Made by a program: the position numbers and the translations under genes. A DNA stretch of 57,836 nucleotides, the filler included, from Platydemus manokwari (lineage: Eukaryota): the NCBI GenBank assembly GCA_037951405.1. It is 6 parts of 6 records of this genome, joined end to end, with 100 filler letters (N's around TTAATTAATTAA, not from the genome) between each part and the next. Parts side by side here need not be neighbours in the genome. Positions count along the whole stretch, not along the records: positions 1 to 9,655 come from JBBMOY011221654.1; positions 9,756 to 18,893 come from JBBMOY011294539.1; 4 more parts are not named here. One strand, 5' to 3'. How positions within the stretch are numbered: the first letter of the stretch is position 1; every line of letters begins with the position of its first letter. The notes under the pieces are model-generated. The model was not told the origin of the DNA, ran no database searches, and saw nothing but the letters and a program-made list of their open reading frames with translations. Positions 1 through 12,829 of the stretch are shown here, in pieces.

Positions 1-3000
1 AGAGCTCATCCGAGTTGATATTCTTCTCAATAGAAATTCAAAATTAGATGTAATATTATTTCAGATAATAATTAAATTATGTATAAAATTTCGATATAGC
101 CTAAAGAGGAAAGTCACTTGTCAGAATGTTTTAAAAAATGGACTACATTGAATCGTAGCTTAGAATTTGGTAAATATGTTTGATAGTGTAAGTGATTTTT
201 AGTTGATATTAATTACTTCAGATCAATTGAGATATGCTCTTGGTCCTAAAATTTTAACCTTAAATTTATTGTTAATCAACGAAGAAGAAGTCGTTAATAT
301 ATTATTTGATTACATCGAAAAATGTACATCTCTGTCAGCGTCAACGGTTTTGGATTTACTTCAGAGTTTGGTTTGTGATATCCGCAAAGATTTCCTTCCA
401 TATTTAGAGCGATCATTCACTTTAATCGGGCAACTCATTGAACGGAGTGATAATGATTCTGATATGATATTGAGTGCATTTAATTGCATCGCTCACATAA
501 TCGCATTTCTCGAGAGACATCTCATTCAAAACATCGACACAATACTACCACTCATCAAGCCGCTTTTATTTCACAAACAGAAACATTACATTCGTCATTT
601 CGCCGCTCAGAGTTTGGCATTTCTCATTCGCCGATCTCGCAATTTCAAAACATTGTTTTCTGACGACATATTGACTCGATTTGTCGACGAACAGTCCGCC
701 AATCATTCCGATGCCATCGGCAAATTGATGTCGTCGTGTTTGAAGATAAAAAATTCACTCTACAGTTCTGCTTCGAATATTTTCGTTTCGTTATTCGGTA
801 TTCTTTTGGAGAGAAAAGACGATGTCGAGTTTTTCATTCAATGTTTCGATGGAATGTTCAAAGATCTTCTACCGAATCTCGATTTGGCGGGATATAAGAA
901 TATCTGGTGTACAATTGTCGAACAGATTGGGTCGTGTTCGGACGAAATTCCCAAAGAATTGGCATTGTTGGTGATGGAGCTCTTTTTCAAATATGCCAAC
1001 AATCGATCGCTCGCTCAATGTTCGTCAAACGTGATTGAGCTCGTCCAGAAACTGTTGACCGAGAGTCCAAGCGAGAAAATCATCGAAATCGTCAAGCTAT
1101 TGATTAATAAGTTGTCGTTGTCAGCTGATATCCAAGATTTGGTTCAAGCGCTGTTCAGCGTCGATTCGTTAGTGATGGAAAAGAAATTCGAATTCGCCCG
1201 AGAATTTGTGGCTCATACGGGTCTAGAAATGGTAAATGAGTGACGGATTATTCGCTATGATTTGATTTGATTCGCTAATTCAGGTTTTGAAGATCAGCTT
1301 GAACAATTATCTGTCAGCATTCGTCACCGCCCAATGGCTGTCAGAGGATTCCAGCAATTATTATCGAGTCATCCGATGCATGGCAGAGCTTGTGATGGCA
1401 AAATATCCCATCGACAAGCAGAACAAATGGCGAGAATGTCTCGCCTCGAATGGAATCAATTTCAATTTGTTTCTGTTCTCGAATGATTCCGATACGAGTT
1501 TGACCGAATCAATGTTGCAGGTGTTGACAGGCGAACAAGTCGCCGACAAAAATGACGAATTGCTCTGGCTCACTTGTCTCGTCATTCCTCATTTCCATCA
1601 GGCAAATTCCGACCACAGATTCGCCATTGCTATCAAGCAGAAACTCGACAAATACGCTTCCAGTCAACTCGATTCGTCAAATCTTATGAAAATCGATTCT
1701 TTGCTTGACTGTCTGTTGCAATTGAACTCCATCTCGCATCAAGCGATCAAAATCGATTATGACGTCATCAAATTCATCAATATGATCGATCAATACGATT
1801 TCGAAGCGACACTCGAACCGGTAGTGCTGGAAATCATTTCAAAATCGATGATGTTAATCGATCAAAACCTTGATCAATTCTCGTCAAGTCGCGATAAATT
1901 CGTCGAAAAATTGAAATCACCCAATCATAGAAGTCGTTTGAATTCCATTCGATCATTGCAGCAAATATCCATGCAGGAGCCATCAATCATTCATGTATTG
2001 CAGTGTTGTGAGGACATTGAGTTGCATTTCGAGATGCACGAGACGGAACTCGTCACAAAAGAGCGAACCATTACTCGGTTAATGGATGGCATGAATTATC
2101 AACGCGATATGTCAGTGGATGTGAAAATCGTTATCGTCAATTATTTATGCGGCATTCTTCACGCTCAGGTGGCTTCGATGTGGAAATCGATTGGCAAGAC
2201 GATATCGTCATTCTGTGTTGGTCATAGCGAGAAAGAGCGATTAAAGAATAGCGAGTTGGTGGAAAATGAAAAAGTCGTGTGGACAGCCATCAATAATCAG
2301 CTGGAATATTGCACCAATCAAATCATTCGTGACATGGATACAGGCGAACAAAGCGTGTTTTGTTGCGATTTACAAGAGCGATACACAATGGACAAGTTTT
2401 ATAAGCGACGCACAGCAGATTGGCTCGTTTATCGATTGAATCTCGTCAAGATTCTTACAAATATGCCGGAATTAGCGGCTAGGAAAACGGCAGTATTGTC
2501 GCCCATGCTTATCAATATTTACACCGACGAGTTTCTCGCCAACAAATCGTCAAAGAAGCAACGAGAAGACACTCTGATATCCATGATGCAACTGTTCGCC
2601 AAGTTTCCTAATATATCTGGCACACATAGCGAGAAGCTGTTGAAAAACGTCTACTTCAAATGCTTGACGAGTCGTAAATCCACTGTGCAGCAAGCAGCCC
2701 TACAAGTGCTCGCCAATTACAAGATCCCAGAATTATTGCACTACAAAGATAAATTGAGCGCGATATTCGATAAAAGTGCCGATGGATTAAAGCAGTTGTC
2801 ATTGTCAACCATTTTGCCCAGTCATCGGCCTGTCATGGCAACGATTATGATGAGAATTGTGATTGGTCGCTTGAAAGATGTTGACAAACAACAGAAACAG
2901 AAACCATTGATTGGATATTTATTGGAGCTGGAAGAGACAGAAATCCGAGAACTGATAGCGATTTTATTGGAAGGATTGAAAATGACAGGAATGACTGGAA

Positions 3001-6000
3001 CAACAGCAAGTCGAGAAAAGTGCGATATTGTGACGAGCGATGAAGATGTCGAAGCAATCAGTGGACTCGTCAGGCGATATATCGAAGCTGACAATTTACC
3101 ATCGTTCGTCATTCAATCGATATTGAAAACATTGCTCGCCACTGTTGGTTATTTGAAATCGATATTGGAAAATTTACTCAATAAAATCACCTATGACAAC
3201 CAATGTTCGATATTGCGCGTCATTATTGATTTTTATGCTTGTTGCAATCACTTGCGTGCCATGGAAACAGCAGAATACCAGATGTCGCAATTGAAACCAC
3301 TGAGACAGGATTGTGCCAATATTGTCGTGTTTTATTTCAAAAAAATCGATGAATTTGTTTGGACGACAGAATTATTGGGCTTGATAAATCAATTGATTGT
3401 TCAGCCACAAATCAATGGGCTTGTTCAAGAAAATCAATCCAGTGTCAATACAACAATTCAATTGGCTTTGTTGTGGTCAGAAAGAGAAGATCTCGTCATT
3501 GAGATTGGATCGGAAATGTTTGATGGATTTATCGAATTGCTTAACAAACCGAAATTGAATCGAGAAATCGTTGGTTATAAGCTCGTTACCATGTTGTATA
3601 ATATCATGCAACACGCTGTCATTGGTCGACAACACAGTGCCCATTTACAGATGATGATCAATAAGAATTTGGCATCGATTATTGATTATTTGGGTGTTCG
3701 AGTGAAGAATATGAAAATGAAAAAGTTAAAAAATCTCGCTACCAGTGACAACAAGAACGCATTGGTTGTCAATGAAGCCACGATAACTCGTAAAGAATTG
3801 TCAATGATATCGATTTGTGTGGATTATTTGATGCAATCTCATAGAAATATTGGACAAATCAATGAGAAAATATACGAAATGATCAATAATATTATTATTT
3901 TTCTCTTCAAAATCAATCCTCTCATTGTCAATAAACATTCCGATAAAGACTCATCAATCAATGATACCAAATATGATAATAAAGAACAATTGGAGGTCGA
4001 TTTTTTGCGTGCATTAAATGCCATGATGAACATTGTTGAGCCAGAACATATTTTGCGCAATATCGAGTCAGGCATTTATTATTAAATTATTATTATTATA
4101 ATAATTAATGATTTATTTTTTACAGACGAATCTTTGGATTATTTTATCGATTGAGAAAACGTGCAAGTCGTACTGTTTTGAGTTCACTGGTATCATCGAT
4201 CTGGCCAAAATTAACAGATGTGTTGTCAAATGATGGAGTGATGATGAATGTTGGTGATCTAGGAGATGTTGCTGTTAAGGTAGCTTATCGATTAATTATT
4301 TATAAATTAATATTTGAATTATTGATTAATTATTTATAAATTAATATTTGATTTATTGATTAATTATTTATAAATTAATATTTGATTTATCGATTAATTA
4401 TTTATAAATTAATATTTGATTTATTGATTAATTATTTATAAATTAATATTTGATTTATTGATTAATTATTTATAAATTAATATTTAATTAATTGGCATTA
4501 ATATTGATTATTTGTTTGATATTAAATTTATTGATTAATAATTTCATTGGTTATTAATGAATTGTTATTAGGTTTTTTAATCAATACAAAAGAATCTCCT
4601 CACCAAAATTAATAAAAAAAATAAACCAATTATAAAATCAAACTAAGTCAAATATTAACCAAATGGATTTATTGAGCCTTTTGCAAAGCAATGCGATGGC
4701 AAAGAATTGCAAATCAATTTACTATAAATCGGTACCTTCACATAAATTCTCTTCGACACCCATGCATATTCATTATTTCAGCTTTGTGCTTGTTCATATA
4801 AGACTCAACATGCTGTGTGTGAACTCCGTTTATTGGTTTTACGCAGTTCACGGAACTGTTCTGTGAGTAAATCCAGGATCTTAAAAATTAAACTAAAGCA
4901 AGCAAGATTTGATATAAATGGCTGTTTAAAACACTAGATTTATTGAATTTGTGCTTGATCGTGGGAGATTCTACAATTGATCCTTTTTTAAATCAAATAT
5001 TGAATATAGGCCCGCTCCATCACAATCCATTGTTTTAAAACATCAAATTAACTATCTGGATTGTTTTCCACTTAATTCATATTTTTATTGATTTATTCAA
5101 ATCGATATTCACTTGTGATCAAATATTATTAATATATCATTTATTTAATAATTATTATTAATCGATTATTTATTAGCTTAATTCATGGCACAAAACACAA
5201 TTGCTAGAAATGGACAGCGATTTAATCGCTGCTACTATCAGTGAAATATTACAACAATTGCGAACTGCACCAATGAAAGATTGTATCGAAGAGAATATTG
5301 ATCGTTTTGGTGTTGATATTCATCCGAAATTGTGGATGTTTATTCTCACCAGTCACAACTGTTTATATCTCTTGTCAGAAGTTTCCGAACTTGGTGTTAG
5401 ATTAATAGCTTTAGATTTCTTGGAAAATATAATCGCTATTTTTGCCAATTGGATCCATGTGAAATATATCGAATCGATATTTTATGAGCATTTATGGCCA
5501 GCAATTAGATATGGATTATTGATCAAGAATGAATCATTTCGTTATTCATTTATTTCTCTCATTAAATGCACTGTTCATCATCTTGGAAAGACATCACGTT
5601 TTAAAGATATTGTTCCATTGGCTACTGCTGAACAAGACCAAATGAATTTCTTTGAGAACATGTTGAGCTTGACCGATGCATTCAATTCGAAGGGTCTTCG
5701 ACAATTAGTTCGATTTTTGAGTAGCAACACTGTGTGTGCAAGTAATTTGAAGGAAATATTGTTGCCAATGGTGATGCACAGAATTGAGATTGTTTCTGAT
5801 CATTATGAACCCAATAACAAATCAAGTTTAACGAATACACAACGAGAATCTCTAGCATCTAGTTTCGATGCCTTATCTGCTGTTGCCAAGCAACTGCCAA
5901 CACAAATGTATCAGAATATTGTCACTGAACACATGGCAAAATTAGATAACGGATTGAATGTGGAACTGGTAATAAGAACATTAATAAGTCTATTAAATGG

Positions 6001-9000
6001 TTACAGTGCCAATATGGATGAATCTAGCAATTTGTTTATGATTGATGTTCTACATAAATTGGAAAAGCATTTATCGAAGAGAATTACCAAGGATACTCGG
6101 CATAAAATGGCTCAAAAATCTGTCGATGTCGACTTAATGGATAAAAAGAATGCCGAATGGACATTGCGAGGTATGGCATTGCAAGTACCAGTGGCTACAG
6201 CCATTATAAGCATTGCAGTTAAACTGCCTAAAAAACATTTGAAGGATATTATTACGAAAGTGATTTTACGAATCTGTGATTTTCTTAAAGCCAAAGAAAT
6301 CGAAATCAGACGAGAAGCTGGAGCGACATTGTTGAAAATTATCGAAATTATCAATTCGGAAGAATTAGTAGAGAAAGGCAATGTGAAATATTTGGCATTT
6401 GTCATTCAAACGGTCAAGAGTCATCTAGATAGAGGCTTCCAAAGGCACGTTGCATTGCAGACATGTCATCGAGTGATGCAAGGATTGAGCAATAAAAAAT
6501 TATTCGATCGATTATCATTGGATTTGTCATCGATGAGAAACATGTGTGAATTGTATTTGGATGAATTATTTGGAGAAATGGCCAAGGAGAAACAAGAGAG
6601 AAATACAGCTGAAAAAGGAATTGTGCAGGAGGCTAAAAATGTCAAAGCTTTTGAAGGGTTACGATTATTGGGAAGCATAATCGATAAATCATTGATTCTT
6701 GAATTTTTCAAATTGATTGTCAATGCTTCTAAAGAAATCAAGAGTCAATCCAATCTTCAAAAGATGCAAACCATCTTCGAAGGTTTGCAGAGCAAGGGTG
6801 GTGTAGTAAAAAATCCCAGATTGGATCCAATTACGCTCTTCACTCTATCAAAGGTTCTCATCACCGATAATATAGATGCTTTGTTCAAGGCAGAGAAGAA
6901 ACCCGAAGTTGCTATAGCAACAACGAACAAATCAAATCTCGATGATATGCTCGTTTATAAACCTGCAATCCGATTGGACGGATACGAAGCACCAGTGATC
7001 CCGATCAAAACCAACACTTCTTCACATTTGATCATCAATTGTGGACTCAACTTTCTTCATGTACTCAGTAAAATGTACCATTCAACACTTGACATGTGTT
7101 CCATGTTGGACCCAATGTTGGAATTAGTTATCGATATCCTTGACAACGTACAACATAAAATGATTTTATTCTCCAGTATTAAATGCTTAAAAGAGATTAT
7201 TCGCATCAATCCTCCATCGCTTGGCATGAGAATCAAACAAGTGTGTGATATCATGTTCAAGATTCACGTCAAGAATTCTATGATTAATGATGCCCAAGAT
7301 GTCCTGGGAGAAAGCTTGACAGCAGCATTTAACAAGACGATAGCACAATTTCTCCAGAGATCAGATATTGAATTGACGATTAATCAATATCAATTGTTGT
7401 TACTCAATGTTCAAGTTGATAGCTTGAATAGCAAGCGCCAAATGACATCATTTCAGTTGTTGAGAGCTTTGATTGAAAACAGAATACGTGAACCATCAGC
7501 CAATGATAATATTGTCATGTTAACCGATGATTTAACCAATCAAATCAATGAAATCATTATGAAAGTTCGAATTATTGCAGTGCAATCGACCAATGAAAGG
7601 ACGCGTGCAGATGCTCGTGCAACCATTGATACATATTTCAAACATTATCACCATCAAACCAAGGAATATCTTCAAGAATACATCACCTTTCTTCTTAATC
7701 AATTGGCTAACGATGAAGATAGTGCTTTGTCAGCATGTATGATGATTCAAAGCGTTTTCCGTCAATTCAATGCCGCCGATTTCGATGCCCAGGGCATCAG
7801 TAATTATGTTTTAGCTTATGTTGTCATGGCAATGACAGCTGGTGTGACAGATAAGGTCGAGAAAGTATTTAAAGTGCTCATCAATCAAACCATGACACTT
7901 GTCAATGTCGATCAACAAAATCAGCTCTGTGACATGGTGTATGGCTATATCGAGAAATACGAATTGGATAGCAAGAAGTTGAGAATATCATTCTATTTGA
8001 TTGGTGACATGTTGAGATTGCTACAAACCGATTATCGATTGACTTTATCGAAGAAATTGGTGGATTGTTGCGTGAAGAAATTGTTGAGTCTAACATCAAT
8101 TGCTGATAAATTCAATAAACAATTGGCTGCTTCTAAAGGTGAGGATGCAGATCTAATGAATTATCTGGATCGAGTCGTATCTTCGGTACCCAAGAAACGA
8201 CGATTAGATATCGATCAATCAATAAGTGACGATGAGGAGGAGGAGCAAGATCAAGACATGGTGGTGGTGGAGAAAATCGAAGATCTATCAGATAAATTGA
8301 CAAATATTATGTCGAATATTGGTGGCATTGTGCTGTTTATATCGAATATATTGAATATCGATAGTGATAATGAATATGATGTATCGATATTGATTCATTT
8401 AATCGATGAGGGCTTGAATAAGAATATTTGGAAAATTATCATTGAAAAATTGATGAGAAATAAACATTCGATCATTCGATTGAGTGTGACGAGAGATGTT
8501 ATTCAGAAGATTTTATCATTGATAACAACATATGATCATAAATCCGTCCAATCCATATCAACAGCCGATATAATCAATGATATTATGGCATCATCATTCA
8601 GTCAATTGAAAAATCAACAATTATCGATTGAAGAATGTGATACTGTTTTGATCAATTTACTTTTATTATGGCAAATCATTATGAAACAACAATGCCATGG
8701 TAACGATGATTATGATAAAATCGATATGTGCAAGAGAATGTTGGATAGCGCTAATTTTATTGCCAAACAAGAACTTTTAGCCAATCAAACTCTGATCAAA
8801 GTTTGTATTTTTATCAATGATATTTTTATATTTCGTTACCATAGAGATGTGCCATGATGAAATTTATTGTTGGTGTTTGTTCAAAGACAAGCACCGAAGA
8901 TCTGGAATCAATGAGATTGGATAAAAACATTATGTATATGTGGATGAGAGAGGAGAGACAAGCCAATATTGAGGACAGTGCTAATCGTAGGAAATCAAAG

Positions 9001-9240
9001 AAACATTACAAATCAATCGATAGATATTGTAGCCAAGAAGAAATATTGGATTGGAAGAGTCTTGTGATGAAAACCGGTGAAATTATTCGACAAGCTATTG
9101 GTGAAGACAAATACAAACATCTCACTTTGAATATCAATAAAGAGAGGGCCACTAACAAGTTGAAGAGAATCAATGAAGAAAGTGCATTGGCTGTCAGTAA
9201 TCAAGGAGAAGCCATAGCTAAAAAACTGAGAAGAAAATAA
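1..9240 (+). CDS. UTP20: Small subunit processome component 20 (HEAT-repeat protein), 5'-partial, 7 visible exons, ~2694 aa
   Basis: Manual GT-AG splicing gives one continuous frame: <1-49, 100-169, 222-1231, 1284-4066, 4126-4279, 5177-8800, 8845-9240. UTP20-like motifs: SECFKKWTTLN, LDLLQSLVCDIRKDFLPY, YIRHFAAQSLAFLIRR, LNSW...EMDSD, KAKEIEIRREAGATLLKI...RGFQRHV, KRCAMMKF. Size fits the family. Confidence 0.92.
4288..4490. repeat. AT-rich minisatellite (~34-35 bp unit, ~6 copies) in a UTP20 intron
   Basis: Unit approximately GATTAATTATTTATAAATTAATATTTGATTTATT repeated in tandem. Confidence 0.9.
4581..4983 (-). mobile_element. Internally deleted Merlin (ISXO2/IS1595-like DDE) transposon in a UTP20 intron
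   Basis: Minus strand 4730-4875 reads GFTHRTV/SVNCVKPINGVHTQHVESYMNKHKAEIMNMHGCRREFM*R, matching the Merlin C-terminal H.TVNHS..FV.P.TGVHTQ.IES..K.K motif. Imperfect TIRs (AGAATCTCCTCAC at ~4591 versus GTGGGAGATTCT at 4961). The same 8-mer TTTTTTAA lies at 4573-4580 and 4984-4991 (candidate TSD, low complexity). Confidence 0.8.
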
Positions 9241-9655
9241 ATATGTTTTTATCTTATTTTTATTATCAATATAATTGAGCATTTATTGGGAATTATTATT
9301 GTCCAATGGTAACGCTTGGGACATGATGGAAATATAAAATGTTAACATCTAGTTCTGATTAAATGAAAATCTTTATTCATATTTATTAATACATCCTATT
9401 TTTATATTTTAAACCAATGGGATTTGATATATTTATAACGGTTTCTAAAAATAAATATCAAGATAAAAATAGTAACATTATTTACTAAATTTATCGAATT
9501 GCTACTTTAATATTCGGAAGAAAATAGCATGAAGCAAACCGTTACATTAAGTTGACCTGTGAGTTTAAAAAAGATGGGGAGGATTATGAAGAAGATTATT
9601 TAAGGGATTTTCAGCATTATATAAAACCTGAAAGAATAACAAATAGAAATTTAAT

Positions 9656-9755
9656 NNNNNNNNNNNNNNNNNNNNNNNNNNNNNNNNNNNNNNNNNNNNT
9701 TAATTAATTAANNNNNNNNNNNNNNNNNNNNNNNNNNNNNNNNNNNNNNNNNNNN
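9656..9755. other. Artificial contig linker (44 N + TTAATTAATTAA + 44 N)
   Basis: Identical 100-bp structure occurs five times; the 12-mer has stop codons in all six frames. Confidence 0.98.
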
Positions 9756-10152
9756 GATCTCTTTATTTAAATTCCAGACAAATCCCATCCTTTTGATAAA
9801 ATGAATGAATATTTTGAGTGTATTGCAACAATCTATCTATTTTACCACGTTTCTTACATTGAAGATATTATAATTTTTTCATGAATAAATTACGTAATAA
9901 CGAAAACCGTAAAAAGTGAATAATGCTCTCAAGTGTTTCAAAGTACATTTAATTATTTGTTGTTGTTACGTTAGTCGAAATAAGAAAAAATCATTGATTT
10001 TATAGATTAGAAAATTTTGAGACTAAAATGGCCTTGATTACTCTTGTCATACTTAGTAAAATAGAACCAAAAAAACAATGGTCTTGCTCAAATACATCAT
10101 TTTCAACTTTAGTGAATTCCAAGCACGGTTAAACAAAACAAGAGGGACTTAC

Positions 10153-11050
10153 TTGAAGAGAAAAAAATGCACAAGCCGATGACGCATGTTCACTAGTTTT
10201 TATAGACTGAAAGCCAACAAATGGTATTTGCATTGAAAACAATAATCCAAATATGTAAAATATAGAAAATGAAATATAAAGGTTCGCTGAATATTTTTGA
10301 AAAATTAGAAGTATTATAACGTGTAACGAAATAAGATTAATAATATAAACATAGCCACCCCATGCGGATGCCATATAGAAATAACTTATGGAACACAATA
10401 AACTGTAAAATACAGTTCCTGTCTTTAGTGCTTTAATCCAGAGATAAAATGTCAAAAGCATTGCAAATATTGCTACCCCTTCGTTATCATAACTTCCAGA
10501 GGAGCTTCTACTAATGTAACCAGGAACTAAACAATTAATTATAAAAAACACTCTAAAACTAAATTACCTATTGCCATAATTGAACTACAGATCAATCCAG
10601 CTTTATCATTCCAAATCTCTTTGGTTAATAAATACGAAACAACCACTGTAAAACAACTAAAAAGAGGAGCAAGTAGTACGCAAACATTTCGTATATCTAC
10701 CGGTATGGATAAAAACTTTAGTACTCCGTAAATATATCCTAATTTAAATATAAATTAACTGATTATAAGATAATATCACCTGATGTTAGCATTAATCCAG
10801 GATAAACTGTACCTCCAACAATACGACCCAGTGGATACCAAGCTTTATTATCAAACCAGTTCAAAAAGTTGTAAAATCCACTATTTACTAATTCTAACGT
10901 GGAGCGATAATTAAACCATGGATCAAATTCGTGTATTATACTTTCAAAATTTATTATTGAAAACAATCTTACAGAAAAACTTAAAATACAAGACAGAATA
11001 ATAATAGATAATGGATACAAATTAATCCATTTTAATTTAAACACCAACAT
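10153..11050 (-). CDS. STT3: Oligosaccharyltransferase catalytic subunit STT3 (STT3B-like), first 3 exons, 3'-partial
   Basis: Exons 11050-10780, 10738-10568 and 10526-10153, with two 41-nt introns and a GTAAGT donor after exon 3. Motifs: [80 protein letters not shown]. The remainder is not on this contig. Confidence 0.95.
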
Positions 11051-12039
11051 TTTGAAAATTAAGCAAAATTTGTTATTGTGCATTTTATAAAGTTTAAAAC
11101 AATAATAAATATTAAAAGAATAAAAATGCCTTCACATCATCAAATAAACATTTCGATACAATTACAATTCATTTTACATCAAAGATTTATCACTAGAAAT
11201 TATATTCATTTGAATATTAACGACATAGTAAATAAAACTTAAGCTTTAAAATTTGGTATGGTAGGCCAGCTAACAAATTTAATATCAAATTATATTTATA
11301 CTATGCAGAGATATTAAAATTAAAAATTGTTTGAATAAATTGAAGATTGGTCTCTAAGATAAAATTATAGAAGAATTACATGCACTCATGCATATGAATC
11401 TGAAACTTTATTTTCACTTTTCAAGCCAATTTTTGTGAAATCTATCAACGATTAAATTTGATTAAATAATATTTAAACCTAAATTTCAGTTTACTTTTAT
11501 TTAATTTTATTTAATATTTAATTCTTAAAATGACGTATTCACAATTTATGACACCAATTCATCATCTATCACCAATCACAAATTCATTATATAACCAATA
11601 CGCTTTTAATATACATGCTAAATAAAAAATCGAACTAATAACAACACATATCTACGCTGATTTAAGAAAACTAGGGAACATTGTTCAGAATGAAAAGTTT
11701 GGAAAAGGAAAATTAGTCACGTTAAGCAAATTATTATCTTATGATATAAATGTGATACAAAGACCAACTTATTCTCAAGTTACAAGAAATAACTTTGGTA
11801 AGTGAATTTTTGGAAGTACAGAAGTTTCACAGCACAAAACATTTGAAAAGAAACGGACCAGGAAATCATGAAGACAGGCCAAGATTCGCGGTCTTGAAAT
11901 CAAATCTCACAACTGCACTAGCTGTCATAATTTCACTACATAATGATATAAATTACTTTACAGTCTTACAACTGCATTGTTATACACAAAAAGTCGATCG
12001 TAATTATTTTCTAGATTTTCTTTTCCGATAACATAAACC

Positions 12040-12232
12040 TAGATAATGTTAGATTTTTTCTCGGTCTTGATAACTATTATCGAAAATTTATATAAAATTT
12101 CCCACAAATTAGTCATTATTTTAATACATTACTAACGATCCATATTATTTGAATAGTAAAAACTATAACAAGAAGATTTGAATTACTTAGACAAAAATTA
12201 ATTAGAAGCCTCATTATGTCAAGCCCAAACAT
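12040..12232 (+). mobile_element. Decayed Ty3/Gypsy pol fragment (RT thumb / RNase H connection)
   Basis: Translates DNVRFFLGLDNYYRKFI*NFP ... RFELLRQKLIRSLIMSSPN, matching the VRSFLGL.NYYRRFI.NF ... AFE.LK..L...P.L..P pattern. Contains stops and frameshifts. Confidence 0.75.
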
Positions 12233-12411
12233 AAAAAACACATAAAAACACAAGTTATTTTGTAAATGGCTTAATACTAGAACAATAATATTTAATATTT
12301 ATTATAATGAAAACATAAGGTTAATGCACATACAACTATAAAAAATCATTCGAGTATGGAAAAAAAGCACTAGCACTTACTTGAAGAGTCACACAAGGCC
12401 GACAATATATA

Positions 12412-12515
12412 TGTAATGTCCAATATATATGTAATTACATATTTCAACTCGTAGGTTGCTCTGGGGTCAATGGGATATCACAAGTCCTTGTTGCCAGAGT
12501 TGATCATATATTACA
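12412..12515. repeat. Possible short LTR remnant (TGTAAT...ATTACA)
   Basis: 6-bp terminal inverted repeat with TG...CA ends, 180 bp from the Gypsy pol relic. No TSD seen. Confidence 0.3.
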
Positions 12516-12829
12516 GGGTTATTATTGTTAACCTTCTTTGTTATTCAGTCTAAGTTTCCGATAGCTTCGTCCTCATACTAGCTATTGAAGCCCTCTATAG
12601 GATCAGTATTAATATGATAACCCAACCCACAAACATATTATATTTCATTTATTTGAACCCAGAACTTATTCAGAAGTTTATTGGAAGGGTTTGGAACCCG
12701 AAATTTAGAAAAATCACTAACTTTGGATCTATTTAAACGATTTTAATAAAAATTTTATCAAATTGAAGCAAAGTTTAAGGATATATTGTTATTAATAATA
12801 ATAATATTTGCTATATATTTTTTTGATTT

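Noticed and set aside
1361-9282. Short minus-strand ORFs overlapping UTP20, and antisense or alternative-frame ORFs over EPS15, GPR107 and PARPBP
   Set aside because: Shadow ORFs of real exons with no independent motifs.
9290-9630. Possible 3' exons of a convergent gene after UTP20
   Set aside because: All minus-strand frames hit stops quickly and no product is recognisable.
9700-9711. TTAATTAATTAA palindrome inside gaps as a biological motif
   Set aside because: It is an artificial six-frame stop linker, repeated identically at every join.
12374-12405. 14-nt identity (ACTTACTTGAAGAG) with the STT3 exon 3 donor region at 10147-10160
   Set aside because: Similarity does not extend convincingly; treated as chance.
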